Source: Polyangiaceae bacterium
Lineage (GTDB): Bacteria; Myxococcota_A; Polyangia; Polyangiales; Polyangiaceae
Direction of reading: 5' to 3'
DNA: 64,000 nucleotides
Assembly (NCBI GenBank): GCA_033763455.1
Contig: JANRKO010000028.1
Location: 160,001 to 224,000, forward strand
In this document: piece by piece, positions 36,286-46,400 of the stretch
Layout: each line of letters starts with the position of its first letter
Numbering within the stretch: the stretch's first letter is position 1
Position numbers and translations under genes: made by a program
Notes under the pieces: generated by a model
Database searches by the model: none
Seen by the model: only the letters and a program-made list of their open reading frames with translations
What the model was told of the DNA's origin: nothing

Positions 36286-37968
36286 ATGACCCAACGCTTA
36301 GCATCTTCATCCGCCGTTTCACTTTCGCGATCACGAACGCACCTGGTGCGAAGAAGCCTCCTCGGAGGCTTGGTCGCCCTGGGGGCACTTACTGGCACCA
36401 TGATGGCCGGGCAAGCTCGGGCCGATCTAACGCCAGCGTTTCAGGCGAAGCTTACGGTGGATACTGAATACGCGACGGGTGTCTCAGGCGCAACGGACAT
36501 TGCGTTCGCGGCTGACGGGCGGGCGCTTATCACACTGAAGAGTGGTAACGTATCGCTTCGGACGCTGGATGGATTAAAGACCACGATTTCTGGCAAGTTC
36601 GGCAATGTGGACACCGGTTCCGAAAAGGGGTTGTTGGGGATTGTGGCCGATCCCAACGTTGCCGATACCTTTTACTTCTACGTTTCAAACGGACCCTCCA
36701 ACTCGGACAAGCACCACGTGTACAAGGGAACGCTGAGTGGCGCGGGTGAGCTCACCGTCGATTTGGCCAATCCTATCGTTGGCGGCAGCGTGCAAGGAGG
36801 CCCGGGCTTGGAAGGGCCACAGAATCACGATGGCGGAGGGTTGGCTATTTACAACGGCAAGCTCTACGTCAGCGTCGGTGATACGGGGGCGAATGCGAGC
36901 CCGCCGCAGAACAAGTATGGAAGCTGCCTGAATAAGCCGAACGGCAAGATCTTGCGGGTGAACTTGGATGGGTCGATTCCGACGGATAACCCGCTGTTCA
37001 ATGAAACCATGGTTACGTCTTGTCCGAATCCAACTGGTAGTTTCGGAACTGCCGCGCCAGATAAGCGCATTTTCGCCTGGGGAATGCGTAACCCCTGGCG
37101 CTTCTGGATAGATCCAAAAACCGGCCTCATGTGGATCGGTGACGTGGGCGAGGGCACGCGGGAAGAAATCTCAGTAGGCGGTGGCAATCAGCACTACGGA
37201 TATCCGTTTATAGAGGGGAATTACGATTGGACCCAGAATGGCCAGAATTTCGGTGTTAGTTGCAATACGATCACTCCAGGTCGCCCTTGTACGGCACCGG
37301 TCTATGACTACGTACATGCTGGCAATACCCCTAACGACCAGCAGAATCCGAATCGAGCCTCGGTAACGGGCGGGCTGATTCCTGAAGGTTGTGGCTGGTC
37401 CAACGTGTTTGACGGCAAGGCGAACTACGTCTTCGCCGACTACAACGCCGGCTGGATGAGAGCGCTAGAGGTGAACGCTGCTCGTGATGGTGTTACGAAC
37501 GCCGCGAACCCGACGGCTTTTGGTACCTTCAATAGCGGCCCCGTTTCCTTCCGTATGGGTCCGGAGGATTCGCTGTACGTGGTGTTCGTTAACGTCGGAG
37601 CGGTGTACAAGTTCACACCTAAAGACCGGACGGGCCCCGACTGCGGTGCTCCTATGCCAGGCTCTGGAGGCAGCGGCGGCGTGCTGAATGGAAGCGGAGG
37701 TGTGCCCAGCGCATCAGGCGGTTCTGGGAATCCAGCTCCAACTAGTGGAGGAGCGAAGGCGGCATCCGGTGGAGCGAAGGCGAGCGGCGTGGGCGGCGCC
37801 TCCAGTGCAGCGGGCGGCGGCGCCCCAAAAGGCGAAGGCGGCAGCGTTAAGGATGGGTGCGGTTGCCGCGTGGGTGGTGTCCGGGGCAACGCCCTAATCG
37901 CGCTCGGAGCCGTGCTTTCGCTGCTCGGCGCCTTTGGCCTACGGCGCCGCCAAGGAAAGGTCCACTAA
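36286..37968 (+). CDS. PQQ-dependent sugar (glucose/sorbosone-type) dehydrogenase with MYXO-CTERM
   Basis: Tat-like RRSLL, EKGLLG, NHDGGG, GKILRV, WGMRNPWRF, GDVG, YGYP; C-terminal GCGCRV-TM-RRR. Confidence 0.9.
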   Translation: MTQRLASSSAVSLSRSRTHLVRRSLLGGLVALGALTGTMMAGQARADLTPAFQAKLTVDTEYATGVSGATDIAFAADGRALITLKSGNVSLRTLDGLKTTISGKFGNVDTGSEKGLLGIVADPNVADTFYFYVSNGPSNSDKHHVYKGTLSGAGELTVDLANPIVGGSVQGGPGLEGPQNHDGGGLAIYNGKLYVSVGDTGANASPPQNKYGSCLNKPNGKILRVNLDGSIPTDNPLFNETMVTSCPNPTGSFGTAAPDKRIFAWGMRNPWRFWIDPKTGLMWIGDVGEGTREEISVGGGNQHYGYPFIEGNYDWTQNGQNFGVSCNTITPGRPCTAPVYDYVHAGNTPNDQQNPNRASVTGGLIPEGCGWSNVFDGKANYVFADYNAGWMRALEVNAARDGVTNAANPTAFGTFNSGPVSFRMGPEDSLYVVFVNVGAVYKFTPKDRTGPDCGAPMPGSGGSGGVLNGSGGVPSASGGSGNPAPTSGGAKAASGGAKASGVGGASSAAGGGAPKGEGGSVKDGCGCRVGGVRGNALIALGAVLSLLGAFGLRRRQGKVH

Positions 37969-38032
37969 TTCGGGGAGGCCCTCGCATACATTCCTTGTTC
38001 GCGTCACCCTACCCAAGTTCCCCGTATCATGG

Positions 38033-38653
38033 TTGTCTGAGCTCTTAGGCTTGGACCCACTCGAAGACGACCCGCGTTTCATTGAGCGCCTTCGACGGCG
38101 CGATGAGCACGCGTTCAACGAGCTTGTACGTATGTTCGAGACACGCGTCTATCGGCTCGTGTTTCGAATGTTGGGGCGCGAGGCGGAAGCTGAAGATGTG
38201 GCCCAAGAGGTGTTTGTGCAGGTTTTTCGAGCCGTTGAGCAATTTCGCTCAGATTCGAAGTTGAGCACATGGATTTATCGCATCGCGAGCAACCTCTCGA
38301 AGAATCGCTTGAAATATCTCGCACGCCGAGCGTCCAAATCGCAAGTGGAGCTAACTTATGAGGGCGAGCAGCAGGAGCACAGCCACGCCCAGGGGCTTAC
38401 GCTGGGGGAAACAGCGCGCCCCGATCAGCTGGTGGAGGGTTTCCAGGTGCAAGAGATCTTGCGACGTGCCATTTTCGAGTTGGAGCCTGATTTTCGCGAG
38501 GCCATTGTGTTGCGCGATCTTGAATGCCTTTCGTACGAAGAAATTGGCGTGATCACGGGGCTCACGGAGGGCACCGTGAAGAGTCGGATATTTCGCGCGC
38601 GAGCTCTGTTGAAGGAGCGTGTGGAGCTAGCTTTGGGAGATAAGATCCGATGA
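38033..38653 (+). CDS. ECF RNA polymerase sigma factor
   Basis: AEDVAQEVF, FRSDSKLSTWIYRIA, LSYEEI...GTVKSRIFRAR. Start uncertain (TTG at 38033 or 38051). Confidence 0.93.
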   Translation: MSELLGLDPLEDDPRFIERLRRRDEHAFNELVRMFETRVYRLVFRMLGREAEAEDVAQEVFVQVFRAVEQFRSDSKLSTWIYRIASNLSKNRLKYLARRASKSQVELTYEGEQQEHSHAQGLTLGETARPDQLVEGFQVQEILRRAIFELEPDFREAIVLRDLECLSYEEIGVITGLTEGTVKSRIFRARALLKERVELALGDKIR

Positions 38654-39033
38654 CGGACGAAGAGCGTAAACCGCCTGCCGGAATGCTGGTGCCCGGCGCC
38701 GAAGCCTCTCCTCAGGAGCACGCGTTTGATGCCGAAGAAGAGCCCGTTTCGGAAGCTGGGTTTCAGCGTCTTCTGCGCGAAGCGATGGCGGAGGAGCCCA
38801 AGCCCCGTGTTGATATGTTGCACGGAGTACAGCGTCGGATTCGGGATCGCAGCCGCGGGCGCTTCTATGCCAATCGCTGGAGCTTGCAGCGCGTTTCCCC
38901 GGTGCTCACCTATCTGGTAACGGCCCTGCTCATGCTCCTGGTGCTGGGCATCAGTTACTTTCTCTTGCGGCCCCTGCTGGAAGCGGGGAGCGCTCTTAGG
39001 CCAACGCCAGCCGAGCCAAGCTTGCGCAAGTAG
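38650..39033 (+). CDS. Putative membrane anti-sigma factor
   Basis: ATGA overlap with the sigma gene; single C-terminal TM helix. Confidence 0.6.
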   Translation: MTDEERKPPAGMLVPGAEASPQEHAFDAEEEPVSEAGFQRLLREAMAEEPKPRVDMLHGVQRRIRDRSRGRFYANRWSLQRVSPVLTYLVTALLMLLVLGISYFLLRPLLEAGSALRPTPAEPSLRK

Positions 39034-39046
39034 CGTAAGTGCTTTT

Positions 39047-39865
39047 TTACGTGATCCAGTGAGCTAAGATACAGCTGACGTTGTCCGGGCCGCCGTTATC
39101 GTTCGCGCTCTGGATTAGGCGATTGGAGGCGGTTGGAAGATCGGGCGAAGTCAGCACGATGTCCAAAATCTGCTGGTCGCTCACGGGGCCACACAGGCCG
39201 TCGCTGCAGAGCAACATGTAATCACCCACTTTTGGAACCTCGAAGCGGGTGTCCACCTTTACGGTGTCCTTCATGCCGAGGGCCCGCACAATAACGTTCT
39301 TGTGGGGGAAATTTGCCACCTCTTCTTCGGTGAGGTGCTTCATCTTCTTATAATCGTTGAGCAGTGAGTGATCTTCGGTAAGCTGCTCGATGGCACCATC
39401 GCGTATGCGGTACACTCGGCTATCGCCCACGTGCGCTACGTATACGCCATCTTGCACGGCGAAGAGCGTTACGATGGTGGTGCCCATGCCCCGCTGCTTT
39501 GCGGTGCGTTGCGATTGCTCAAAGATCCGCAGGTTGCAAAGCTTGATACCGGTTATCAGCCGATTTTCCTCGTATCCCTTGCTGCGGTCCATCTTGTAGG
39601 GCCATGTGCGCTCTGGATCATCCGAGGTGGCTACGAAGAAATCCTGCAGTGTCTCCACGGCCATCTTGGAGGCCACTTCGCCCGAGGCGTGGCCGCCCAT
39701 GCCGTCGGCCACCACGTAGAGGCCGTGCTCCGGCAGGATGGCGAAGTTGTCCTCGTTGTGTTGGCGCTTGCGACCTACGTCTGTTTGGCCGGCTACCTCG
39801 ATACGCAGGGGCTGACCGGTTTGATTGCCATGCGTAGTGGGGGACGAGACGGTCACAAGGCTCAC
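39047..39865 (-). CDS. PP2C-type Ser/Thr phosphatase
   Basis: TDVGRKRQHNED, VADGMGGH, GMGTT, HVGDSR, LCSDGL, GGPDN. Confidence 0.95.
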   Translation of the reverse strand: MSLVTVSSPTTHGNQTGQPLRIEVAGQTDVGRKRQHNEDNFAILPEHGLYVVADGMGGHASGEVASKMAVETLQDFFVATSDDPERTWPYKMDRSKGYEENRLITGIKLCNLRIFEQSQRTAKQRGMGTTIVTLFAVQDGVYVAHVGDSRVYRIRDGAIEQLTEDHSLLNDYKKMKHLTEEEVANFPHKNVIVRALGMKDTVKVDTRFEVPKVGDYMLLCSDGLCGPVSDQQILDIVLTSPDLPTASNRLIQSANDNGGPDNVSCILAHWIT

Positions 39866-39980
39866 TTAATCTTTCCGTGATGGCTTCTGCCTGTCAATGT
39901 ATTGCAGCCTTACTTCTTGAAGTGCCAAGTGGCAATGCAGCGGGATGGCTATTCCTCAGCTTTTCTGCGACTCCGTGAAC

Positions 39981-40661
39981 TCACGCCGGGGGGCCGATTT
40001 CTGTCACTCCGGTAGCGCCAGCGACAATCAAAAGGTCCGCCCGAGCTACGAAAAGCCCCGTGGAAACGACGCCTGGGATCTCCAGGAGACTGCGATCAAG
40101 ATCAGCCGGAGCCGCGATCGGCTGGACGGCGAGGTCGTAGAGCAGGTTGCCGGAGTCCGTTACGACCGGCGCGCCGTTCTTCTCGCGTAGGCGCGGCGCC
40201 CCAAAAACCTCCAAGCGCTCCCTCGTGGTCTCATGCCCGAACGGGAGAACTTCCACTGGCACAGCCCACTTTTCCCCCAAGCGCCGGCTCAGCTTCGTTT
40301 CGTCGACCACGATAATGTTCTTAGCCGACGCGTAGTTCACAATCTTCTCGCGTGTGTGAGCGGCGCCTCCGCCCTTGATCAAATCGAGCGTATCGCTCAC
40401 CTCATCTGCACCATCGACCGTGACATGTGGGTGCCAAGGCCCAGCATCGGCCAGAAGTGGAATGCCGAGTGAAGTCGCAAGCCGCCGGCTAGCCTCGCTC
40501 GTAGCAACCCCAACAAGTTCACGCCCGCCTTTGATAGCGCGCGCAACCCCTTCAATGAAGTACTTCACCGTCGACCCCGTCCCCAGGCCAACGCACCCCT
40601 TCTCAGGCAAATGCAACAGAGCGCGTTCCGCAGCTAACCGCTTGGCTTCTTCAACGTCCAT
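39981..40661 (-). CDS. rpiA: Ribose-5-phosphate isomerase A
   Basis: GLGTGST, DGADEV, IKGGGAAHTREK, PVEV, TDSGN, IPGVV. Confidence 0.96.
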   Translation of the reverse strand: MDVEEAKRLAAERALLHLPEKGCVGLGTGSTVKYFIEGVARAIKGGRELVGVATSEASRRLATSLGIPLLADAGPWHPHVTVDGADEVSDTLDLIKGGGAAHTREKIVNYASAKNIIVVDETKLSRRLGEKWAVPVEVLPFGHETTRERLEVFGAPRLREKNGAPVVTDSGNLLYDLAVQPIAAPADLDRSLLEIPGVVSTGLFVARADLLIVAGATGVTEIGPPA

Positions 40662-40812
40662 CGGGGGAGCGTAGCCTTTCCCTCAGCATTTTTGCGAGCC
40701 CCCTCTAGCCTCGCGTTTCCGCTCGGCTCGTCTCCCCCCGGCAGATCGCTTCGCTGTGCGGGGGAGACCACAACCTTGCGGCAAGGCACCAGCACGAAAT
40801 GGGGCACGCACA

Positions 40813-40962
40813 CTTCGGGGAATGGGAGGGGATGTCGCCGTGGAGGTTAGGGGGGGTGCTCTTGTGGGGGATGCTTAGCATACGAAGTACCTTGGATTAC
40901 GCCGTGAAGGGGCTGTTGCCTTCGGGGAATGGGAGGGGATTGTAGCCGTGGAGGTTAGGGGG
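40813..40962. repeat. Two ~42-bp G-rich imperfect direct repeats
   Basis: CTTCGGGGAATGGGAGGGGAT(-GTC/TGTA)GCCGTGGAGGTTAGGGGG at 40813 and 40920. Confidence 0.85.
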
Positions 40963-40975
40963 CTGCCAGCGGAAG

Positions 40976-41923
40976 TTAGCGCTGGCACTTAGGGCAAAAG
41001 TGCGTGGAGCGCTGCCCCAGTACTTCACGGGCGATAGGCCCGCCACATTCGGAACACGGCTCGCCTTCGCGGCCGTACACGGCGAAAGTTTGCTGAAACC
41101 CACCGCCTTCGCCGTCCGGATGTAGGTAATCGCTAATGCTCGACCCCCCGAGCTCGATAGATTTTGCCAGTATGGCCTGGACGTTGGTGGCGAGAAAGTT
41201 AACTTGAGAGCGGGAATAGCTGCGTGCGGCGCGAGTGGGGCGAAGCTTAGAAAGAAAGAGCGCTTCGTCGGCATAGATGTTGCCAACTCCTGCCAATACG
41301 CCTTGGTCCAAGAGCACGGATTTTATGGGAGCAGAACGTTTGCGCATCTTCTCAAAGAGTTGCGCCCCTGTTACCTCCAACGCATCCACGCCCAACTTTT
41401 TCAGTCGCGGGTCAAGAACGCCCGGCTTGAGCCAGCGACATTTGCCAAATTTTCGTACGTCGCGAAACGCGATGCTGGGCCCACGATCGGCGAATTCAAG
41501 CACTAGGTGTACGTGGGGATCGGGCGTCGCCACCTTGGGTGTACGGGTCAGCTCAGGTCGGTATGCGCGGCTCAAGAGCGACTGCCGTGTTTCTTTTTTA
41601 TGAGCATTCGTACGCCCGGTGCTTGTAGCGGCATGTTTCGGTGTCGAGGTATGTCTCGGCGTCATGGCCCCTTGCACCAAGAGTTGCCCGGTCATTCCTA
41701 GGTGCCAGAGCAGCGTGCTTCCGTCATCGAGCTGAGATATTAGGTATTTCCCGTGGCGTTTGAGCGTTCTAACCGTACGCCCTTCCAGCTTCTCTATTAA
41801 AGTTTTCGGTGGAGTGAGAAAGAAATAGCTTGGCTTGCCGGTCCTTACCGCAGAGATTTTGCGTCCCTCCAGCAACGGCGCGAGCTTTCGCCGAACAATC
41901 TCAACCTCGGGGAGTTCTGGCAC
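40976..41923 (-). CDS. mutM: Formamidopyrimidine-DNA glycosylase
   Basis: PELPEVE, RHGKYL, HLGMTG, DVRKFG, GVGNIYADE; zinc finger CSEC...CPKCQ. Confidence 0.96.
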   Translation of the reverse strand: MPELPEVEIVRRKLAPLLEGRKISAVRTGKPSYFFLTPPKTLIEKLEGRTVRTLKRHGKYLISQLDDGSTLLWHLGMTGQLLVQGAMTPRHTSTPKHAATSTGRTNAHKKETRQSLLSRAYRPELTRTPKVATPDPHVHLVLEFADRGPSIAFRDVRKFGKCRWLKPGVLDPRLKKLGVDALEVTGAQLFEKMRKRSAPIKSVLLDQGVLAGVGNIYADEALFLSKLRPTRAARSYSRSQVNFLATNVQAILAKSIELGGSSISDYLHPDGEGGGFQQTFAVYGREGEPCSECGGPIAREVLGQRSTHFCPKCQR

Positions 41924-41924
41924 C

Positions 41925-43289
41925 TCACTGCCCCTTTGGGTTGGCTGAGGTAGCAGGGGGCTGCGGGATGGTCGGGTTGGCGGAGTTGGCTTGGGGCGAG
42001 GGATTGCCCAAAGGTGTGACGTAGAAGAAATCTCGGATGGAGCGCTTTCTCAGGTATTCGTCCTCAGAGAATTCAAAGCCGGGCGCAAGGGCAACCGCCA
42101 AGCGTTTCGGATCGCTGCCGTTTCGTTCGAACAGAACGAACTTGGGATAAGACCAATTGACGTCCATTTGGAGCACCGTAGGGGCACCAACGTGAAGCAT
42201 GCCGCGCGCCAAAACCGGCGCTGTGGTGTGGTTAGTGATGGCAAAGTACAAGATCTTTCCGCTTTCATCCAAGGCCACGGCGGATCGGCGAATCACCGTT
42301 TCGCCGTCGAGCGTGGCGCCCCACTTTCGGGCATGAGATGCCAGAAGGCCCGGATGCAGCTTTCCGTTTTCGACCATGCATTCCGGCCCCTGGCGGTACC
42401 AAATGGCATCTGCGACAGTCGCGCTAAATTTTGAAAACGTGCCGATGCTGTAGCGGCCGTCTTTGTAGGCGAAAAGGGCACATCCGTTGTCCCTCGGAGT
42501 CACGATGGTTACCCCGTCGGTGAACATTCCCCAGCCACCATGCTCTGTCATGAAGCCGCCATTGAAAGCCGCGAGCACCCTAGAGTGCTCACTTTCGGGC
42601 ACTTTCGCTAGGCGCTGATAGCTCTCAGCGGCTTTGTTGTTAGCTTGTGGTTCCTTAGAACCAGCCACTAGGTGTACCTTCACCGCTCGAAGATCGATCG
42701 CCACCACAAAGAGCTCCGCCCACGAGCGACTTTCGTCGGGATGAAGGAGCGTCTTCCACAGGCGCGGAGAGCCACCCGCGGGATCGGGCAAGGGCACCCA
42801 TTCACCATCGCCGGGAGCTGACCAGGACTTGTGCATGGGCCCGACGTCTTTCGGACGAAAATCAGGCACCACTGCACGCTCGGAGCTGTTGCCGGCGCCA
42901 GCTAGCCCCCCGCCGAGTTCTGTAGCTCCGGCACCACCGGTTGCGTTCTTAGCGGCCCGTGACCCGTTCTGCGCCAGCGAATGCGTAGGGTTCTGCGAAG
43001 GCACCGCCCAATACGCCTGGGGGCGTTCCGCGCTTCGACGCAAGCGGTTCACGCGATCTTCGATGCCGTAAACAAAGTCTTCAAGCTTGGCGACGTTGTC
43101 GACACCGATGAGCGAGCGCAGCGTATTGGCCACAAGTGGCCCAGCCCAGTCAAAGGTGTGCACGGCCACCCAGAGCGCGGCTACCGCGCCCAAGCTTGCG
43201 GCAAACAATATCGAAAACAAGCGACCCCAACGGCGGCGACGGCGTGGGGAGGAGGGAGAGGCAGTCGGCATTGGACCGGGCGTATCCAC
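41925..43289 (-). CDS. Membrane-anchored phosphodiester-glycosidase (NAGPA)-like protein
   Basis: N-terminal TM; AFNGGF, RRSAVAL and LQMDVN, the last corresponding to the NAGPA-family LDGG position. Confidence 0.6.
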   Translation of the reverse strand: MDTPGPMPTASPSSPRRRRRWGRLFSILFAASLGAVAALWVAVHTFDWAGPLVANTLRSLIGVDNVAKLEDFVYGIEDRVNRLRRSAERPQAYWAVPSQNPTHSLAQNGSRAAKNATGGAGATELGGGLAGAGNSSERAVVPDFRPKDVGPMHKSWSAPGDGEWVPLPDPAGGSPRLWKTLLHPDESRSWAELFVVAIDLRAVKVHLVAGSKEPQANNKAAESYQRLAKVPESEHSRVLAAFNGGFMTEHGGWGMFTDGVTIVTPRDNGCALFAYKDGRYSIGTFSKFSATVADAIWYRQGPECMVENGKLHPGLLASHARKWGATLDGETVIRRSAVALDESGKILYFAITNHTTAPVLARGMLHVGAPTVLQMDVNWSYPKFVLFERNGSDPKRLAVALAPGFEFSEDEYLRKRSIRDFFYVTPLGNPSPQANSANPTIPQPPATSANPKGQ

Positions 43290-43443
43290 GTGGGTGAGGC
43301 CGGCTAGCGTAGTCTTCGCCGGTCAGAAAGGCCCATTTGTTTGGGTGCTTTTGGGCCCTCGGTGGGACCCGGCGGTTTTTCACGCTCCTGAAGGAGCGCT
43401 CGCCGCTTTTCTGCCCTGGCGGAGCGTGTTCTAAGGATCCGCA

Positions 43444-46400
43444 ATGTGGGCATCCGTTCGGCCTGCCGTGGTCCTCTTGGTCCTCTCGGTCCTTGCTTTT
43501 GGCAGGCCAGTGCGAGCTCAAGCGCCCCAGGTGGAAGCCAGCCCGTCGGGATCCCGGCTCGTTACCGTGCCCACGCTCCGCCCACTTCAGGCGGAAGGCG
43601 CCCTTCTGGGCCAGCCCATCGCACGCATTGAGATTGTCAGCGCGAATCCGAAGTGGTTCACCGCCAAGGCTCTGCGTTACGTGAAGGTTGGCGAGAGCTT
43701 GACGCCGGCGGTGGCACGACGCGCCTTGCGTGAATTGCTCACCACGGGTCGGTATGCGGAGGCTGGAGCGGAAGCAGAGATGGCTCCTGAAGGCGTGGTG
43801 TTGCGGCTGTGTGTGGTGCCCCGGCGCATCGTGGGTAGTCTGAAACTGCGTGGTCCACTTTTGGACGACGACGAAATCAAGGAGGCGACGGCTGTCAGCG
43901 TGGGTAGCGAAATTACCTGGGCCGATCTTGCGGGGATTCGCGAGAAGGTGCGCGCGCATTATGCCACCCGGGGGTTTCCAGCGGCTCGCGTGGACGTGGA
44001 AGCTCTCGATACCGACGATCCGTTGCGCGTTTCGCTTGTGTTGAGCGTAGCCACAGGCAAAGCACGAACGGTCAGAAGTCGTGTTTTTCTTGTGGAACCA
44101 AAAAGCGCTCAGGCAGAGGTGAGTGCCATTCTTGGGCACTATGCGGTCGCCGTTGGCGATCGGTTGGATTCCTCACTCGTGGAGCAGGCGGATACAGCGC
44201 TCTCTAAGGATTTGGTGCTGGCAGGTTGGCACAATGCCAAGGTGACGCATTCTCTCGGTGCCGACGGCGCGGCTCTTAGAATCAGCGTTCAGTTGGGCCG
44301 TCGTGCGGTTATTGAGTTCGAGGGGAACAGCACCTTCGACGCTTCGCAGTTATTGGCGGCGCTCGACCTGGAGGAACGCGAAGACAGGCAGCCAGAAAGC
44401 CTCAGGCAACGTCTGGCGGATTTCTATGTGCGGCGTGGGTTCTGGGATGCCAACGTAGAAATTTTTCTCGAAACGCGAGGCAGTGCCACGGCGGTGGCGT
44501 ATCGTTTCCGGATAGTGGAAGGAGTCCCGCTTCGCGTAAGCTCGCGCGTGTACCCATGCCTTACGGGAGCACGCACCGGTGAACAGTTAGACGCGGAGAT
44601 CAATAGCTTCTTAGTTGAAGATCTACCCGGCCCGGGCCTCTATACAGCCGTGAATTCGCGTTCGCTCGACGCACTGATTGGACCGAAGAACGCCGGGGGC
44701 GAACGTCCGAGGGCCTACCGACCCAACCCCGTTGATACCTATGTGCCCGAGGTGTACGACCGTGCGTTAAAACACGTGCAGGGGCTCTATCGTTCAGCGG
44801 GCTACCTTTCGGCAACGGTGGGGCCATTGCAGTTGATGCGCCGTCGGTGTGCGCCGGGTTCAACACCTTCGCAGTGCCGCCCGCTCAAAGAACAAACTCT
44901 CGCCGCCGCGATCTGTTCCTTCGATGAACGGGGTCTCCCGTTAGAGCAGCCTCCGGTTTCAGATGCGAGCGCCTGCCGTGTGAACTTAAAGACGGGTGTT
45001 CTGTGCGAGGCGGCTGCTGTGCTTTCTATTCCCATCAAGTTGGGGCCATTGACCACCGTTTACGACGTCTCGTTTGAGGGGAATCGAACGCTCACCGAGC
45101 AGGTGCTCGCTTTAAATGCTGGGGTAAAGGTCGGGGAGCCTGCCTCTCAGTCCCTCTTGGACGCGGCTCGTGCGCGCTTGCTTGAGCTTTATGCCGAGGA
45201 GGGGTTTGCGTTCGCTGACATCGAAACGAACCTTGATCTATCCGTGGACCAGACGCGCGCCCGCGTTCGCTTTAGTGTGATCGAGCGCGAACGTGTACGC
45301 GTCGCTCGAATTGTGGTGAAGGGTGCTCGCCTCACCAATGAAAACCTTATCCGTGGTCGAATCGCGCTTGTGCCAGGCGAGCTCTATCGAAGAACCTTGG
45401 TTCGACAAACGGAGGAGCGCTTAGCGACGCTCGGCGTGTTTTCTTCGGTTACTGTGGGTTTTGAGGATCCGGAGGTATTCGCGCGCGACAAAGTGGTGGT
45501 GGTTGAAGTTGCCGAGCGTACGCCTCAATACTTGGAGCCGCAGTTTGGATTTAGCTCCGGTGAAGGTTTTCGCGGGACCTTGGAGTATGGGCATCGAAAT
45601 CTCGGAGGGCAAGCCATTCAGCTCACCCTGCGCGCACGGCTCAACTACCTTCCAGATGGGCTCATCTTAGAGCCCGACGTGCGACGCAAACGCCCGGCAG
45701 GTATCGCCAAGCAACTAGAGCGGAACAATTCCTTGGTATTTCTCCTGCCAGAAGTGGGCCTCGGGCCCCTGTTCGGGCTCAGCCTCGAAGGGATCGATCT
45801 ACGAGATAACGCGAGGGATTACGGCCTCGTTAAGGATGCGGGTATCATAAACTTAGGTTATCGTCCTTCGCTCCGTGTCTCAGCTCAAGTGGGTGGGTCT
45901 TTGGAGTTCAACGACGCAACCATCTTTTTCGATGGTGATAGCGACGCAGAAAAGCAGCGTTTGAGCGACTTTATTCGAGCCAATCCGAGCCAGCGGGACC
46001 GCTTTCGTGTGCCCCAGGGCGAAACGCGTGCGCTTACCGAACGGATAGCGTTTCGCTGGGACAGACGCGATACCCCGCTCGACGCCACCTCCGGAACACT
46101 CACGTCGGTGGACGTGGAACACGTAAACGCAACTCCGATTGGTGAACGTGCATCTACGAACGCGGCTCCAGCCGGAGGCCAGACCGCTGTGGACCCGTTT
46201 GAATCTTCCCGCGGAGATTTTTTTCGCATCACACAGCGCACTGCAGGCTATCTGCGGTTAAATGATTCGGGGTTGGCACTGGCCCTCAGCCTCGGTTGGG
46301 GCGTAGTGGTGCACACGAACTCGACATCGCAGACGTACCCTGATCGCCTCTTTTTCATGGGTGGCGTGGATTCTATTCGCGGCTTCCCCCAAGATTCTGT

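Larger units (their letters stand above)
14130..37970. other. tRNA-Gln-adjacent accessory/plasticity region (no integrase seen)
   Basis: Housekeeping genes stop at the tRNA and resume near 38 kb; the interval has catabolic genes, lipoproteins and at least four gene relics. Right boundary is approximate. Confidence 0.45.

Noticed and set aside
14130..38000. Intact prophage, ICE or IS
   Set aside because: No integrase, transposase, relaxase or phage genes, and no distal tRNA 3' duplication found by eye.
40813..40962. CRISPR array
   Set aside because: Only two non-palindromic ~42-bp repeats with a ~65-bp spacer, and no cas genes.
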